Assembly (NCBI GenBank): GCA_025201805.1
Contig: MU619384.1
Coordinates: forward strand, 13,458 to 77,457
DNA length: 64,000 nt
Direction: 5' to 3'
Source: Parasitella parasitica NRRL 2501
Taxonomy: Eukaryota > Fungi > Mucoromycota
Under the pieces are notes generated by a model that saw nothing but the letters and a program-made list of their open reading frames with translations, searched no databases and was not told the DNA's origin. Shown piece after piece: positions 40,044 through 53,959 of the stretch. Every line of letters begins with the position of its first letter. Positions within the stretch are counted from its first letter, which is position 1. A program made the translations under genes and the position numbers.

Positions 40044-41010
40044 TTACCTATTATTTACAATTAATTGTCTGTGTGGATGCATTTGGACGATAAACTCACC
40101 TTCATTGATCCAAGCAGATTTTCGCTTTCTAGTCGCTCTTTTCTTGATATCTTCGGTAGTTTCATGCACAAACGCATTAGGAGGATTAGATATGATCAAT
40201 GGCAAGATACGTCTACGTGCATTAATAAACCAGTTGCTAATTTGATTTAGAGTAAGTTCAGTTTTGAGCCTTAAGCCGCGCTTTTCTTCTTCTGTTGGAT
40301 AAGGATGTCGGCTATGATCTATGAGCCATTGCTTGAGTATGGCTGTCACGGTCTTTGGCAGATTGCCTCGTCTTCTCCTGCCGTTGTTGGCTGATTTTGT
40401 CTTGTTATTTGTGGTGGTTTTGACAGGTTTGCGGCATACAGGCTTGGCATCTTCTATTTCACTATCTTCGATTTCATCTACTTCTTCCCCTTCTCCTTCT
40501 ACTTCCACCTCCGCTTCTTCTTCCTCTTCTTCCATCTCCTCCGCTTCGTCTTCTTGGTCATCGTCCTGCTGGTTTCGATGACACTGCGATGAGGGGTACC
40601 ATTTATGCATGTTTGTACATGATGAGCAACTTGATGTTGGCGAAGACGGTATGAATTGGCTGGACGGAGGTGGTGTTTCTGGTGGAGATAAGTCTTGACG
40701 TCTCGAATTCAAGATGACGCTGCTCCAAAATTGAACGTTTGTTTTAAGCATAGCGTCCACCTTTTGTTTTCTCAATTCAATCAGCTGATTGTCACTGCAG
40801 GACTCAGCTGCCTTTGCATCATGGAATAGGATTATGGGACTAAATATGCGAATCTATAGATAGCATCAATGATGTTAGCGAGGCCACGTAGACAACAAAT
40901 CCCTTGCTGAGGAGCGGATGGGCGATATTTACACTGGCATCATGTCCAGGCTGGTAAGCAGTAGCAGTAGCAGTAGCACTGGTAGTAGTAGTGTGTGTAG
41001 AATAATACAT
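40044..41010 (-). CDS. TALE-class homeodomain transcription factor (TGIF/Meis/Cup9-like)
   Basis: RRRRGNLPKTVTAILKQWLIDHSRHPYPTEEEK...LTLNQISNWFINARRR, with the PYP loop and Ile50. Start inferred at MYYSTH (41010), with one intron. Confidence 0.9.
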
Positions 41011-44000
41011 GTTGACGATAGAATTATGATAGAGCAAGAGAAAAAGAAGAGAATCAAAAGGAAGAGGCACAGCTATTTATATAATATTCCCAAGATTTCA
41101 AGGGACGTGCATATGAAAACAGAGAGGTGTGAAAATAAATCTAATGATGTACAGTAACTAAGGATGGACTGATCGGCAAAACGACAAGGTTTGTTATAGT
41201 GTGGATATTTGTTGTTGTTTGTCTAGTTTTTGGCTGGTTTCGCAATTTAGCAAAACCTGTCAAGCAGACGACATTGCTTATAATTGACACTTTTGGCGTC
41301 TGATGTATCGCTTGATTTGATAAGTCTTGAAGCCAGAAATGCCATCAAAGCATGCACAATTTGTGAGTATCAGCAGCATCTCGACAATTCTATTATTACT
41401 CAATATATGATTAGCATGATATTCAACAAAGAACTGTTAAAAATATATAAACGACCCATCGTCATTGAATTAAGGAGGTTGACATAAATAAAATGTGAAC
41501 TATTCGTCTTCCAGGGGATGATCCAGAGTAGGAGAGACCTTTCGAAAAAAAAAAAAAAAAAAAAGAGGGGTAAGAGACATCAAATTATTTTGACAGCCCT
41601 TTCATTTTCTTTCTTATTAGTGGGCAAGGAGAGATTATAACAACAACAAAAAGTTGTTTGTTTTGCTAACTCTATTACCATTTCCACTTTATGGCCGGGT
41701 AGAGAGAATGTTTTGACAGCATAGCTCAATTCTGACGCTTTTTTATTATTATTAGGTACACCATATTGTTACATGTTTTACAAAAATCAAGTCGAGAACG
41801 ACCATCATGTACGTTGATACGTATCATTTTTTTTTTTTTGTAGAATAGCACTTGTTGCGGGTTATATTACACAAATAAGGTTCAACTGGGTTGAACAAAT
41901 ATAAACAACAGTGAGAGTGAGAGCGCGAGAGAGCAAGAAAAAGGAGAAGGAAACAAGGGGGAGGAGAATAAAGAAAATGTCAGATTGCCACTTCCCTTTC
42001 GTCTTCTGTATGTATGTATAATGTAAACACAATTAGATAATGTACAGTACTGCTCATCATCTCCTTCCTGTCTTGCTTCTCCTGACCATTTGTGCTTCTC
42101 GTTTCTTTATTTGCGGTATTGATCTACTATGAGTTTCGTTAAGCATCCCTTTCGCCCCCTTCCCCTATAGACAACAAATTACCCCTTAAATCTCCCAATT
42201 TACTAATATTTTGACATTAACTTGTAAAGATTGTCAAACCTTATTTTTTTTTCCTTCTCGTCTTCTTAATAATCGATCTTTTTCCTTGGTCTCTTTTTAC
42301 GAGATAAGTATATATATATACCCAATTTCACGCTGTCGCTATCATTGGGGTTTCATTGCATTAGTACCACACAGTTTTGAAGAAATTTTTGAACGCTTTG
42401 AATTTACTAAACTAGTAATCTTTTGACTTGATACATTGGCAAAACATGCTTTACTGCTTATGTTATTTTGTGGGCGTTTTTTCCCGTCTTTATTAAGGAA
42501 ACTGCGAGAAATGGACACTATATATGCTTTTTTTCTTTCAATTTTGCAATTTTTAGTTTGTCAATGTTGTTATCCATCAACAATGTCTTTGATGCTTAAA
42601 TGCATCAGGACATGAAACTCTGGGTGATTCCCCTAATCAGATACACACTAGATTCATGCGTGTTACGAGCATTGCACGTGTCCATGTCAGTTGTTGGATA
42701 ATCACAAGCCCAGTTTCATGAGTGAGACATTTGTTTGTTGACATATTTTTTGCTCTGGAGCCACGACTTCCATTTTATGATATACCCTATGCTTCATTTC
42801 GTGCAAGAACCAAATCGTGGAATCAGTCGGAGATGATTTTGAGCATATATCCAAGTTGAGGCAGAATTCTCGAACCTAAACGCATACAATCTTGTCTATT
42901 ATGGCATTTTCTTATTCCACAATTGTAATTAAGCGGTCGATTTTTTTGTTCTCACTAGAGGCTTTACATTAATCTATGATACGTTACTGCTGTATTTTGT
43001 TTTGAGTGGATGCTTCAATTCGAGCGCTATACACCCTGCTTGATCATAGAATGTAAATGAAATGAACGAATAACCTTGATTTAAATGGGCAATCCACTCA
43101 ACCATAAGAGGATTGGTGGTGGGAACTCAAATAACACTTCTGCAGGAAAGTTAGTACTAAAAGAAACTAGCGGTCTGAGCATGCTAATTTAGTTATACAG
43201 AGTATCCATAATATGTGAATTATTAACTGGCCTTATTTGACATATTAACAAGCCGCCATGGCTTTATACGAGGCGACAATGTTGGTGAGATAAAGCTTAT
43301 TACCATGATCCCATATTATCACCTCTGGTGTATTCATAAATCATAATGGAATCTCTTCTAGGATTTGCGTGCGCTTTAGAGGCAAAAGTTATCAGCCGCC
43401 TTTATTAAAGTTGAATCAACAAGACAATTCTATCAATCATAAATGGGTATAACATCTCAACTGCATAAAGTAAAGAAAGGTCAGCGTATACAACTCTGGA
43501 TTTTTGCAATTGAAAAAAAAACATTGGATCAGAACTATTTTGTACGGTTCTGCATCATGAAATTCACACCTATTGTAAGATGCACAACAGTCTATAAATG
43601 CAAAAATTTATAGAATGTTTATGGTTTTGATCATCGAATAAGAGAATCAGCAGCTTTGTATACATAAACACATTGACAAAGGATACAGTATGAATGCGGA
43701 TACAAACTCTCTTAATGTAGTATGTATGATCAATTCTAATGATTTTTTTTACCTTGAAATTGAAAAAAAAAAAAAAAAAAAAAAAGAATAATTGTAAATC
43801 AATAAAGTTAGAAATCTTATTTATTCCTTCAACTCGTATAGCCTGACCTTCTATTTTTCGTGCATCAAGAGACTCATTGACTTATTCATAACTATAAACA
43901 TCTGCCGCTTGGATCACAGAATTGATGCAGCTGACCTCAAAAACAATATGCATCATGATTCAGTAATGATGGATTGCCGCCGCAGTAGTTATCGCCATGG

Positions 44001-44772
44001 CAACTAAAGAGCTCTGTCAAAAAAATACAGAAGCATGGTAACCAACATTAAATGCTCAGAACAAGCTAATTGTAAGAGCCTTGGTATTATTTTTTCGAAC
44101 AGTTAAACATTTTCTTTTGCTTTTTCAAGTTCAAATCAGAATTTGTTGCCTCGTATATTCGCGACATGTTGACAGACTTATATGCTGATTAATGCAAAGA
44201 AACCCCCCCCATATACCTACTATGTATTTTAGCTGTTGGCTCAATTGAAAAATATGCTCCAATTCAGATTTAAAGAGGCAAATTCTTCAAATGTTGGATT
44301 GTTTATTTCTCCCTTGGTTTTAAGGGGCTTTCCTTTTTTCTATTATATTGAATTTAAGCCATTTGTCAAGGAGTTATTTGAAGAGAAATCAATTTGCTTT
44401 GATTGCAAAGTGTAGCACTTGTTTCAAATATATACGTTCAGAAGTTGATGATAAAGTGGCTCAATACAACCATTAGAACTCAATCGAATGATATAATTGG
44501 ATTTGTTCAAGAAAGACGTGAGGAGAAACGCTTTACATCTAACCAGGGGATACAATCTTATAAACTCCCTTCTTAATTTTTTCCTACCGCTTAAAACTTC
44601 AATCGAATTAGGTGTCTTTTTAGCAGCCAATGCAAATTGGGTGAGAAAACCTTCAAAACATCATATAATCTTTTTTGCGGTTCTAAATTCTCCCCCCCCC
44701 CCCTTTCTCCCTCTTTTCTTTTTCTTTTTTATTTTACGCCTTTCAAATAGAATTAGAAAATCTATCAACGCA

Positions 44773-45764
44773 ATGCACACAAAAGAAGCTCGTAAAGTAG
44801 TTGCTGTAGATCTCGATCAAACATTAGCGCACACATTGGAAAGTCTGGTAGAATGGCATAACGATACATACGACACATACTTCAATGTTGCAGATTTCAC
44901 TACATACGAATACTGGAAGATTTGGGGAGGCACTCGAGAAGAAAGCTGTATAAAGATTAGAGATTTTTACGATTCAATCTACTTTGATCGAATTGAACCA
45001 ATTCAGGATTTCGCATTAGAAGCACTCAAGATGCTCAAGAGACGTCATTTTACCTTGGTTATCATTACATCCCGACAGCAGTTTGTTGCAGAAAAAACAA
45101 AGAGATTCGTTGATAGACATTACCCAGGTATGCAAGTGCTGCTTTTCTTGTCCTGATCTTGTAGTACGTATTTTTACTGATACACAAACAAGGCATATTT
45201 GATAGCATCTACTTTTGCAATTTGGATCTATCAGACTCTGAGCAATTGGAATACGTATCTAAACCCAAGTCTGTAATCTGTCAAGAAATTGGAGTTGACG
45301 TTTTGATCGACGATTCATTGGAACATGCGTTTGACTGTTCTGCTCTGGGTATTGATGTGTTGCTGTACGATAGACAGGGACAGTATATATGGAATCACGA
45401 TGATGTGTTGAGGAAAAAACATGCTCAACGTTCTGCGCCCACACTTACATCTACGTCCAAGAGATTATATCATCAGACGCCTCGAGAGTTATCAAAAAAC
45501 ATGCATCGTATGACAAGTTGGAAGGAGATTATTGCACAGTTCCCAAAGCCATCTAGTCCACTTCGATTTTGCTATATGGCCAATGACAGTCAACAAGAAG
45601 ACGATGACGATGACGACGACGATGAAGAGGAAGAGGAAGAAGAAGAGAAGCAAGGACACTATTTTAATAATCGTAATTACTATGGCTATGAGACAGTCGA
45701 AGTGGAAGAGATGAGCGAGGAGGAAGAATATCCTCTATACAGAGACAGCCGCGTTTGGGTTTAA
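44773..45764 (+). CDS. HAD-superfamily 5'(3')-deoxyribonucleotidase-like protein (2 exons)
   Basis: Motif I VAVDLDQTL, motif II IITSR, KSVIC, motif IV LIDDS. Acidic tail. Confidence 0.8.
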
Positions 45765-46156
45765 ATTACAAATCTTTGTTGAACAAAGACCACCCCACAA
45801 CATCATACCCTTTTGCGTAGGTTTGCAGTTATATTTCATCTCTCTCTTTTTTTCCTGTTGTTAATTTCTTTTGTGTTTCCATATAAATAAACTGTTTCTT
45901 TCTTGTTTTACTCTGTTTTTCTTTTTTTTGCATTTATCTCATTTTTTACTACCGTATATTGAATTTCACCCCCGCAAAAACCCCTTCTCTCTTTATTTCA
46001 CTACATCTTTATAATATCACCATTTTGTAAAACCTAAAACAAGTATAGATATAAAGAGAAAAAGAGACTTTTCTCGTCACGTTTCTTCCTGACCAAACCA
46101 AAAAAAAAAACCAAAAAAAAAAACCAAAAACTTATAACAACACAAACGATTTCAAA

Positions 46157-49100
46157 ATGACCTTTGTTCATTCTTTTGAACAACAATCTGAACAATCTGT
46201 GCCTGACTGTAATATGAATTCCACGACACCAACGCATCGCCAGCAAGAAACTCCGTTTTCATCTCCATCGCAACCAGTTCGCCAACAGCAGAGAGCTTAC
46301 TCTGTCACTGCGATGCCAAGCGAACTGCAAAAATCAGTGATGAGGTATCATGAAGTCGAACATCAGGAAAAGCTTCGTCATAACCAGCCGTGGTGGCAGT
46401 ACTACTACCAACTATACCATTATCATCTTCCACCGGGAAGAAAGCCCACAGTGTTTGGTCCTTATCTACTACTCCAGACCTTGGGAGAAGGTGAGTTTGG
46501 CAAAGTCAAGTTTGGCATTGAAGTGAAGACAGGACAAGAGGTAAGCTGCTGCTGCTGCTGCTGCTGTTGTCATACTGCACACTGTATCATACACTAACCT
46601 ATTTTTAATAAGGTCGCCATAAAGCTCATTAGAAAGGATAGTATTGATTCCACCTCACGTATGACTAAGGTTGAAAGGGAAATATCTGTGTTACGGGTAA
46701 GATGGCTGTATAGAAAACAATAAGCTTGCAACTAACACGCCACAGATACTTCGCCATCCCAACATCGTCGAGCTGTTTGATGTCATTGAGACAGAGAAAT
46801 ATATTGGCATCATCTTACAGTGCGCCACAGGTGGTGAGTTATTCGACTACATACTCGCTCATCGTTACCTTAAGGAAAGAGACGCTAGCAGGTTATTTGC
46901 ACAGCTGATTAGTGGCGTACATTATATGCACCAAAAACACATTGTTCATAGAGACCTTAAATTGGTATGTTGTCTTATGAAAAAAAAAAAAAAAGGAATG
47001 TGCATACTAAATCAGGATATGCAACACATAGGAAAACTTGCTACTAGACAAGCATCGTAATGTGCTGATCACTGATTTCGGTTTTGCAAATCAATTCACA
47101 TCGCCTCAAGACGATTTGATGTCGACTTCATGTGGATCTCCTTGCTATGCTGCGCCAGAGTTGGTCATGAACCAAGGCGTCTACGTCGGCCCTGCCGTCG
47201 ATATTTGGTCGTGCGGGGTCATCTTATTTGCAATGCTATGCGGCTATTTACCTTATGACGATGATCCGGCGAATCCAGAAAGCTACAATATCAACCTGCT
47301 CTACAAGTACATTTTAAACACCCCCTTGATTTTTCCAGACTACATCTCGGAGGAAGCTTGCGATCTGTTGAGCCTGATGCTGGTGCCTGATCCAGAAAAG
47401 AGATGCACCATGGAAACTATCATGTCTCATTCTTGGTTGAGCCAGCATCAGCACTTATTCGTTCGTGAGCCCCAGCCGGAAAAAGGCAAGGAGGAGGACG
47501 AGGAGGAGCAGGTGGTACCTGATCAAGACGTCCCTGTAGTACCTGAATCTGTTAGACGAAATACCACAATTGGAGTCTCAGACCTTCAGAATGACACCGA
47601 TGAAACTATTGATATACCTCAAACAATCAAAGAACAAGACATGAGCGAGGATCAGGAAATGGACCAAGAGCAACGCCAAGATACCACCACCGCCAAAGAT
47701 ACACCCATGCAAGATATATCCACTATAGAATTACCTCCTTTAACAGTTGTTGCAAATGACATTGATGAAACAGCAACATTAGAAACTCCCGCCAAACAGC
47801 AGCCTCAGGACGATCCCTCTCCCTCCCCCTCTCCCTCTTCTCTCCCTCCTCCTGTTGATGCTGCTGATGCTGCTGTCTCTCAAAAACAAAAGACACCCGC
47901 CATTGAAAATGAGGAGCCACCAATTTCTCCATTGCCGACTGTGCACCAAAAGACCCAAAATAGACCTAAATCAATCATTTCCTCTACAGAAAAGGTTCTC
48001 CATTTCCTTTCTGGTCACGGCAACACGCCCAAAGTGGGTCACACCAATGAGAAGCGGACGAGGCACATGTCTCTAGCAGCAGCAGAGAGTGGATCGCCCT
48101 CCATTTTGCAAGCCAAATTTTTGTCTAGCCTGAACCAGCGCAAAGCAGCGTCTCCGTCTTCATCTATGCTCCAACGGCAAACTGCCTCAGAAGCGCCTCC
48201 TGCACCCAATACCAGTGTCAGCACACCTCATCCAAGCAAAAAACCGAGCAGCACTACAAGACGCAACATCCGTCTTAGTACCATCACACCCCCTCCTCAA
48301 CCTCAGCCATCTCACACCAGCGACAGAGGCACAAGAAGAAAGACTTTGAGTCTACTGGTCAACTCGATGACGGACAATGGCAAGATGCCATTCACAAATC
48401 GTCGTCACGGCAACAACTCCCGTACGCCCGCACCTCCCACCATCACTACGACAATCACTACAGCCATCGAAGAGCGCGTGCACATGATGCCATCCGTTTC
48501 AGAGCATACTATCGATACCATGACTGATAAAGAAAAGCATCGCAGCGCAGGTAAAAAATTGATGGATTGGTTCAAAAAGAAGCCTCTGAGTAAGTTTATT
48601 TGTTTGTTGCTTTTGGCTGTGTGGTAAAAACTAAACAATCTACATAAATAGGCACAATCCACAGATCCACAAACCAATCTAGTGATACAATGTTGCACAA
48701 CAATAATGATCGACCTTCACCCTCTATTGCTATTGCTGCTGTTACTGCAAACAGTGCGGAATATGCTGATGCAGTTGTAGACCCCAAGTTACGCACTCAC
48801 CACGGCGCTGTGGATCAAGAAGCTCTTACATCCAGACCTCCTGCACAAGTATTTGCACAAGTTAAAGTGGCCCTGAAGTCACTAGGCCTGGAATGTAAAC
48901 GAGATGGTAGCGAATACAAGCTTAAATGTTCCCGTCCAAAACGCCCAACTGAGAAGCGGGTCACGAGCCATTATTCTCTCCCTCACCAGAATGGAGCCGG
49001 CGGAAACCCACCTTTCCGCATGCTATTGCGTAGAACAAGCGCCCAACAATCCACTCTTTCAGCTACCACGATCGCTACAAGCACTACAAATTCCACAGCT

Positions 49101-49598
49101 ACGAGCACCACTACTACTGCCTCTGCTTCGAAAAAGAACGACGAAAAGACTCTCAATCCAACAATTTACGGCGATCCGAACGTAGATCCAGGCGAAGAGG
49201 TGCGATTCAGCGTGGAGCTTTGCAAGATCAAAAACTTGCCAGGCCTCTATATCGTGGACATGCGTCGTATGAGAGGAAATGTGTGGGCTTACAAGTTTAT
49301 TTATCGCACACTTTTGGATACTCTCAAATTGGGTGGTAAAGATGGCTATTTGAATACGGACAAACAACAGCCGCAAAATGCTGAGAAAACCATGATTGAT
49401 GCGATTGACGCAACTGATGGGACAGATACTACGGCGGATGTCAATGAGGATAGCAATACACATAATCGCATGAGTACGGCTAGTAGTAGCGGAGGAAACA
49501 GTAGTAGCATACTAGACGATCCTCCACATACACCATCCCCTCCAAACACCGCTGGTAAAGATGAAGCATCCTCAGTTGCAACAGCTGTTGTAGCTTGA
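46157..49598 (+). CDS. CAMKL Ser/Thr kinase, Kin4/Frk1/Ppk1-like, with C-terminal KA1 domain
   Basis: LGEGEFGKVK, VAIK, HRDLKLEN, ITDFGFAN, TSCGSPCYAAPE, and the family insert GYLPYDDDPANPESYNINLLYKYI. KA1 reads VRFSVELCKIKNLPGLYIVDMRRMRGNVWAYKFIY. Confidence 0.9.
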
Positions 49599-50163
49599 TT
49601 TGACTTTTTTCTTTTTTTTTTGACAAAAAATATATAATTTAATTATATATACATATTTAATAATAACAATACCCTTTTATCTCTATCTTTCCTTGTCTCG
49701 ATATTGTGTAATGTCATTCTGATTCTGTGTTGATGGTTACTCGTAAGCAGGGGGGTTTCTTTAAGCTTTATAAGGCATGTAAAACTATCAGTTTTACAGC
49801 CTTTTTGCTGACAAGCTTGCAATAGCAGACTATAATTGTGGGGGGTTTACAACATGACCAGGAAAGAACCACAGATATTGAAATGCCTACATAAATCATG
49901 GGTCCCACTACTATCTAGAATCAGTGTGTCTTGAGCATTAGAGAAAGAACCAAGTAATCTACGGTAAAAGTTCTTGGTGCTGTAGAAGCACAATCAGCTT
50001 GAAACACATGGCACTAATTCCGTACATTGCGACCATATGTCTATGAAGCAATAGCAGATTGTGTGTTACTTCATGTAGTCCTCAGACAAACGTCACTTCA
50101 AAATACAAAATACAGTATCTAAAAAAAAAAAAGAGGTTTTTGAAGCAACACTTTTGACCAACA

Positions 50164-51649
50164 ATGTCACAATCCATCATTGGCAATATTAGCAACTACT
50201 TGGAAACCCATCAGCAGGGAGCTCGCATCACACTCACAGCCGTGGCAGCCTCTGTCTTGACTGCTACCACACTCATCGGCTATCAAAGAATAACACGTTC
50301 TCGTTTGCAAGAAGACAAGAAGGCTTTAAAGCGAGCGATTAATGAACAGCCGCCAGCAATAATTTCCATCATTGACGAGGAAAAAGTTAAAGAAAGCAAA
50401 AAAGAACCCATGGACGAGTCTTTGGTACTGGAGTTGCTTGCGCGAAACACAGCCTTCTTTGGACTTGAGAGTGTCAATAGAATCCGACAATCATTTGTGG
50501 TCATTTTGGGTGCAGGAGCTATTGGCTCCTGGACTGCATTAATGTTGGTGCGATCAGGTGTAGAGCATGTCCGCATCATTGATCCTGGACACGTCCGTTT
50601 GGAGAGCATGACTAGAAACGCAGTTGCCAAGATTGGGGATATTGGCAAGTCCAAGGCGTTGATCCTTAAAAAGTATATTGCAGATATTGCGCCTAATGCC
50701 AACGTAGAAGTAGAACGTACATCATTAACCAAAGAGAATATGGCCGAGCTTTTAGCAGATGGACCCGACTTTGTTGTAGACACGTTGCCCAATGTCAGGG
50801 ATAAGGTCTTTGTAGCTAAATATTGCAAAGAGCACAATATCAAAATTGTCAGTGCAATGAGCGCAGGCGCCAAGGCTGACCCTACTTTGATTCAAGTAAC
50901 CGACGTGAATGATACACTGACAGATCCCCTTGCTCGCATGTATAGAAGACAATTAAGGAAGTTTGGCATTGATCGTGAAATTCCTGTCGTTTATTCTATC
51001 GAGAAGAACTTACAGTTCGATAGGCAAGGTATGTAAAAGTCTTTTTTTTTCTTTTTCTTTCAAATGCACTATTTGAATGTTAAGAACGTTTGTCCAGTTT
51101 CTGGTTATAGCAATCAATCGCTGCCAGTTTTAGGACCGGTTGCTAGTATGTTTGGCATGGCGCTAGTGACCTATGTTATTGTTCAGTTGGCAGAGTTCAC
51201 AGCTTACAAATTGCCTGCCAATAAAATGCGTGATGGCGTCTTTTCTCGATTACAAAAAGAGCTGGCAGCAAGAGAGCAGGTTATATTTAACAATACGTAC
51301 GTGATATATTGAGGGTGGACTTGAACAGCCACTAATGCCTGCTATGTTTAGGGCCGATATTTTGGACGCAAAAGATGTCGGTTATATTTTTGATGAACTG
51401 TGGCAAGGAAAGAGTGTCCTCTCTGGTGCACAAGATAGAACGTTGGTCATGACTCGATGGGACACTTCTCAAGCAAGCAGCCTTGTGAACACCGTTGTTA
51501 TGACCAAGGATGAAGCGAATCTGCATGATAAACTTCCCAAAGGAACTGATCTCAGTGCGCATTACGGATCCAACATTGTTGAGAAGATTAACAAGCAGTT
51601 TGTGTTAGAAAAGAAGCTTCAAGAATTATGGAGCGCTTGCACTGCTTGA
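50164..51649 (+). CDS. tRNA threonylcarbamoyladenosine dehydratase-like protein (TcdA/Tcd1-2, ThiF/E1 fold), divergent
   Basis: N-terminal membrane anchor, ELLARNTAFFG, GAGAIGSW, RSGVEHVRIID, SAMSAGAKADPT, DPLARMYRRQL, PVVYSIEK, LPVLGPVASMFG, and the eukaryote-type C-terminal extension. Confidence 0.8.
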
Positions 51650-51786
51650 ATACAATAAAATAAAGTTAGGCATGTTGAGTGCATAGATAGACCTCAAACA
51701 ATTTTATTATCGTTCAACCAAGAAAAGGTCATGAAACAAAGGGTTAGAATATTTACAGTTAGGTTACGCTTCTCTTTTTCGTATTC

Positions 51787-53560
51787 TTAGATTGGTATCT
51801 TCTCAACTTCAGCACGAGCTTCCTGCCATGATTCAAGATTCTAGACGTAAACGCATTCACTAGTCAATACCAGTTTTGCTGTATGATTACTATAGAAAAT
51901 CACTCACCTTCTGGCAGTAGCGGATATGAATTTTAGCATATGCAATCAACATATCACGCATATCCTGAATTTTTTCGGTTTGAAAGCGGTCTAAATCTGA
52001 TTGCAGTTCTGAGGAAATGGCTGCCAAGTCTTTGCGAGTGATATCCATAGCATCTTGGAGCACACCCATTGCATCTTTGGACATACCGATTTGATTGCGA
52101 CGAGTAGCTTCAGGGTTGACATCAATGATGTTCTGCAAGGTGTGACCCACAGCACTAATCACTTTCATAGGGGCTCCAGTCCAGCCACTGCTGGATCGAA
52201 TAGGCGGCCTGTTATCATTGGGTGTCTGAGCATATGGGTTCTCCTCTTGCTCCTCTTCCTGTTGGCCATTCATTTCGTCGACATTGATAGCATTTGACCC
52301 GATGGTTCTCTCTCTCGTCATAGCCTCTTCCAGCCGTCTAGCTTCGTTTTCCATTCGCAATAAACTGTCCAAATTCTCCTTTTTGGCATTTAATGAATTT
52401 TCAATCATTTCCACTTGGACGTGCTTCATATGACGAAACTTTAGTACTTGTTTAATGACTTGCGCAAATTGAGCATGCTCTTGAATAGGCTCGGCAAACT
52501 CGCCTTCCAAAGACGTAACCATTTGACCTGTCTCTGTGTAAGATGCATCTACTGCTTGCCCAATCTTTTCGATAGCATTTGCGACAGCACCAGACTCATT
52601 TAAACTAAACCCGTTGTAGACTGCCCCTAACTCTGCATAATCGTTTGCTAATTCTACTCTTTTTTGTTTAGATGGCCATGTACGCTGGATTTGATCCCTA
52701 AATATTACCTCCTAATCGACGAATCACTTTGCGCTGGCTCTTGTCCAAGTTGTTGCTCATGTAATTTGCAATTCTAAAGGTGAATTTCTCTGATTCTTCG
52801 AAACGAGGGTCTGGATTTCTTAGTTGATATGCAGCGGAGGGCGTTGGAACTTGATTGCTAGACAGTGTTGCGTTGTATGTGTGAGCTTGTATATCAGGTT
52901 GTTGGCTGACAACCATTTGTAACGGATTTTTGGGTAGAGTAGACAACGGTGGTGAGTGAAGGACGTCAGACTATGAACACAAACAATTGGCACATGTATG
53001 CAAATAAACGTAAAGAAGAAGCTTACCCATGCAACGTTGCTTTCCAAAAATCGGTGGAATACATGGTCTTTACCCAACTCGGGATGCTTGGCAACTCTAT
53101 TTAAAAACGTTTGCAACATACGCTTTCTTTTCTCCACCATGGGTAAATCATCCTTTACTCTGGTCTGCAAAGCAGCGTAGTCAACTAGTAGATGGAGGCT
53201 TGTCAATACATGATATCAGCAGCATACATCTCATGATTTTACCTAAAGAGTGCTTTTCGGGTATAGGTGGCACGATCAACGCAGGATGGAGCAACGTCAG
53301 AGCCTTTCTAAAAGACTCGAATTCACTGTATCTGCGTTTTGTCTCGATATCCTAGGGCCAAATTAAGTAATCGAGGACAAACAATGGCGATAGTCGTCTC
53401 TACTTACTCCAATACGAATGTGATAAGCTATGTAGCTTTTTCCAGAGGCCGAGTCTGATTGCTTCTGAGCTCCAGTAATGAAAATATAATTCTCGTCATG
53501 ATGAAGAGCTCTTTCAATGCTGCATCCACAACTGGGCTTGAGGGAATTTCTCTGGCTCAT
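51787..53560 (-). CDS. PX-BAR sorting nexin, Snx41/Atg20 family, multi-exon
   Basis: PX domain reads YIAYHI...RRYSEFESFRKALTLLHPALIVPPIPEKHSLVDYAA...RKRMLQTFLNR. BAR domain includes ELGAVYNGFSL, EPIQEHAQFAQ, DVNPEATRRNQIG and DLDRFQ. Confidence 0.85.
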
Positions 53561-53959
53561 TTAGATGATTGTTATTCTTTACGGAAAAAATAAAGAGAGA
53601 AAAAAAAAAAATAAGATAAAAAGGAAATTTGGAAATGTGGAAATGTGGAAATTATATATTTTTTATTCAGCCAAAATGATATCTAGTGCGTTGCACAAAT
53701 GTACTAGTGTAGTCGATAGTAGGTCTATACTGCGATGCCAATGCACCACGCTTTAAACTCTCCTTTCCTGACCTAACCGAGGCTCCTCTTCCTTTGAGGA
53801 GCTTTTTTTCGGCTGCAAGCACACACCAAATGAGCAAGCTTGATGGCGAGATGTTTCAGGCTCGTCTCCAGCTTTATCACAGAGTATTGCTGCTCTGTAC
53901 GTTGCGTTGGCTGTTTTATTACTAGTGCAAGCTACTGCTCCTCGAGGCAAATCAGGGAA

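Noticed and set aside
40044-41010. Homeodomain gene as a mating-type locus
   Set aside because: Mucorales sex loci use an HMG gene flanked by tptA/rnhA. There is no partner homeodomain gene or such flanking genes here.
50283-50873. Long antisense ORFs (also within DNA2 and the kinase)
   Set aside because: Shadows of the coding strand with no independent motifs.
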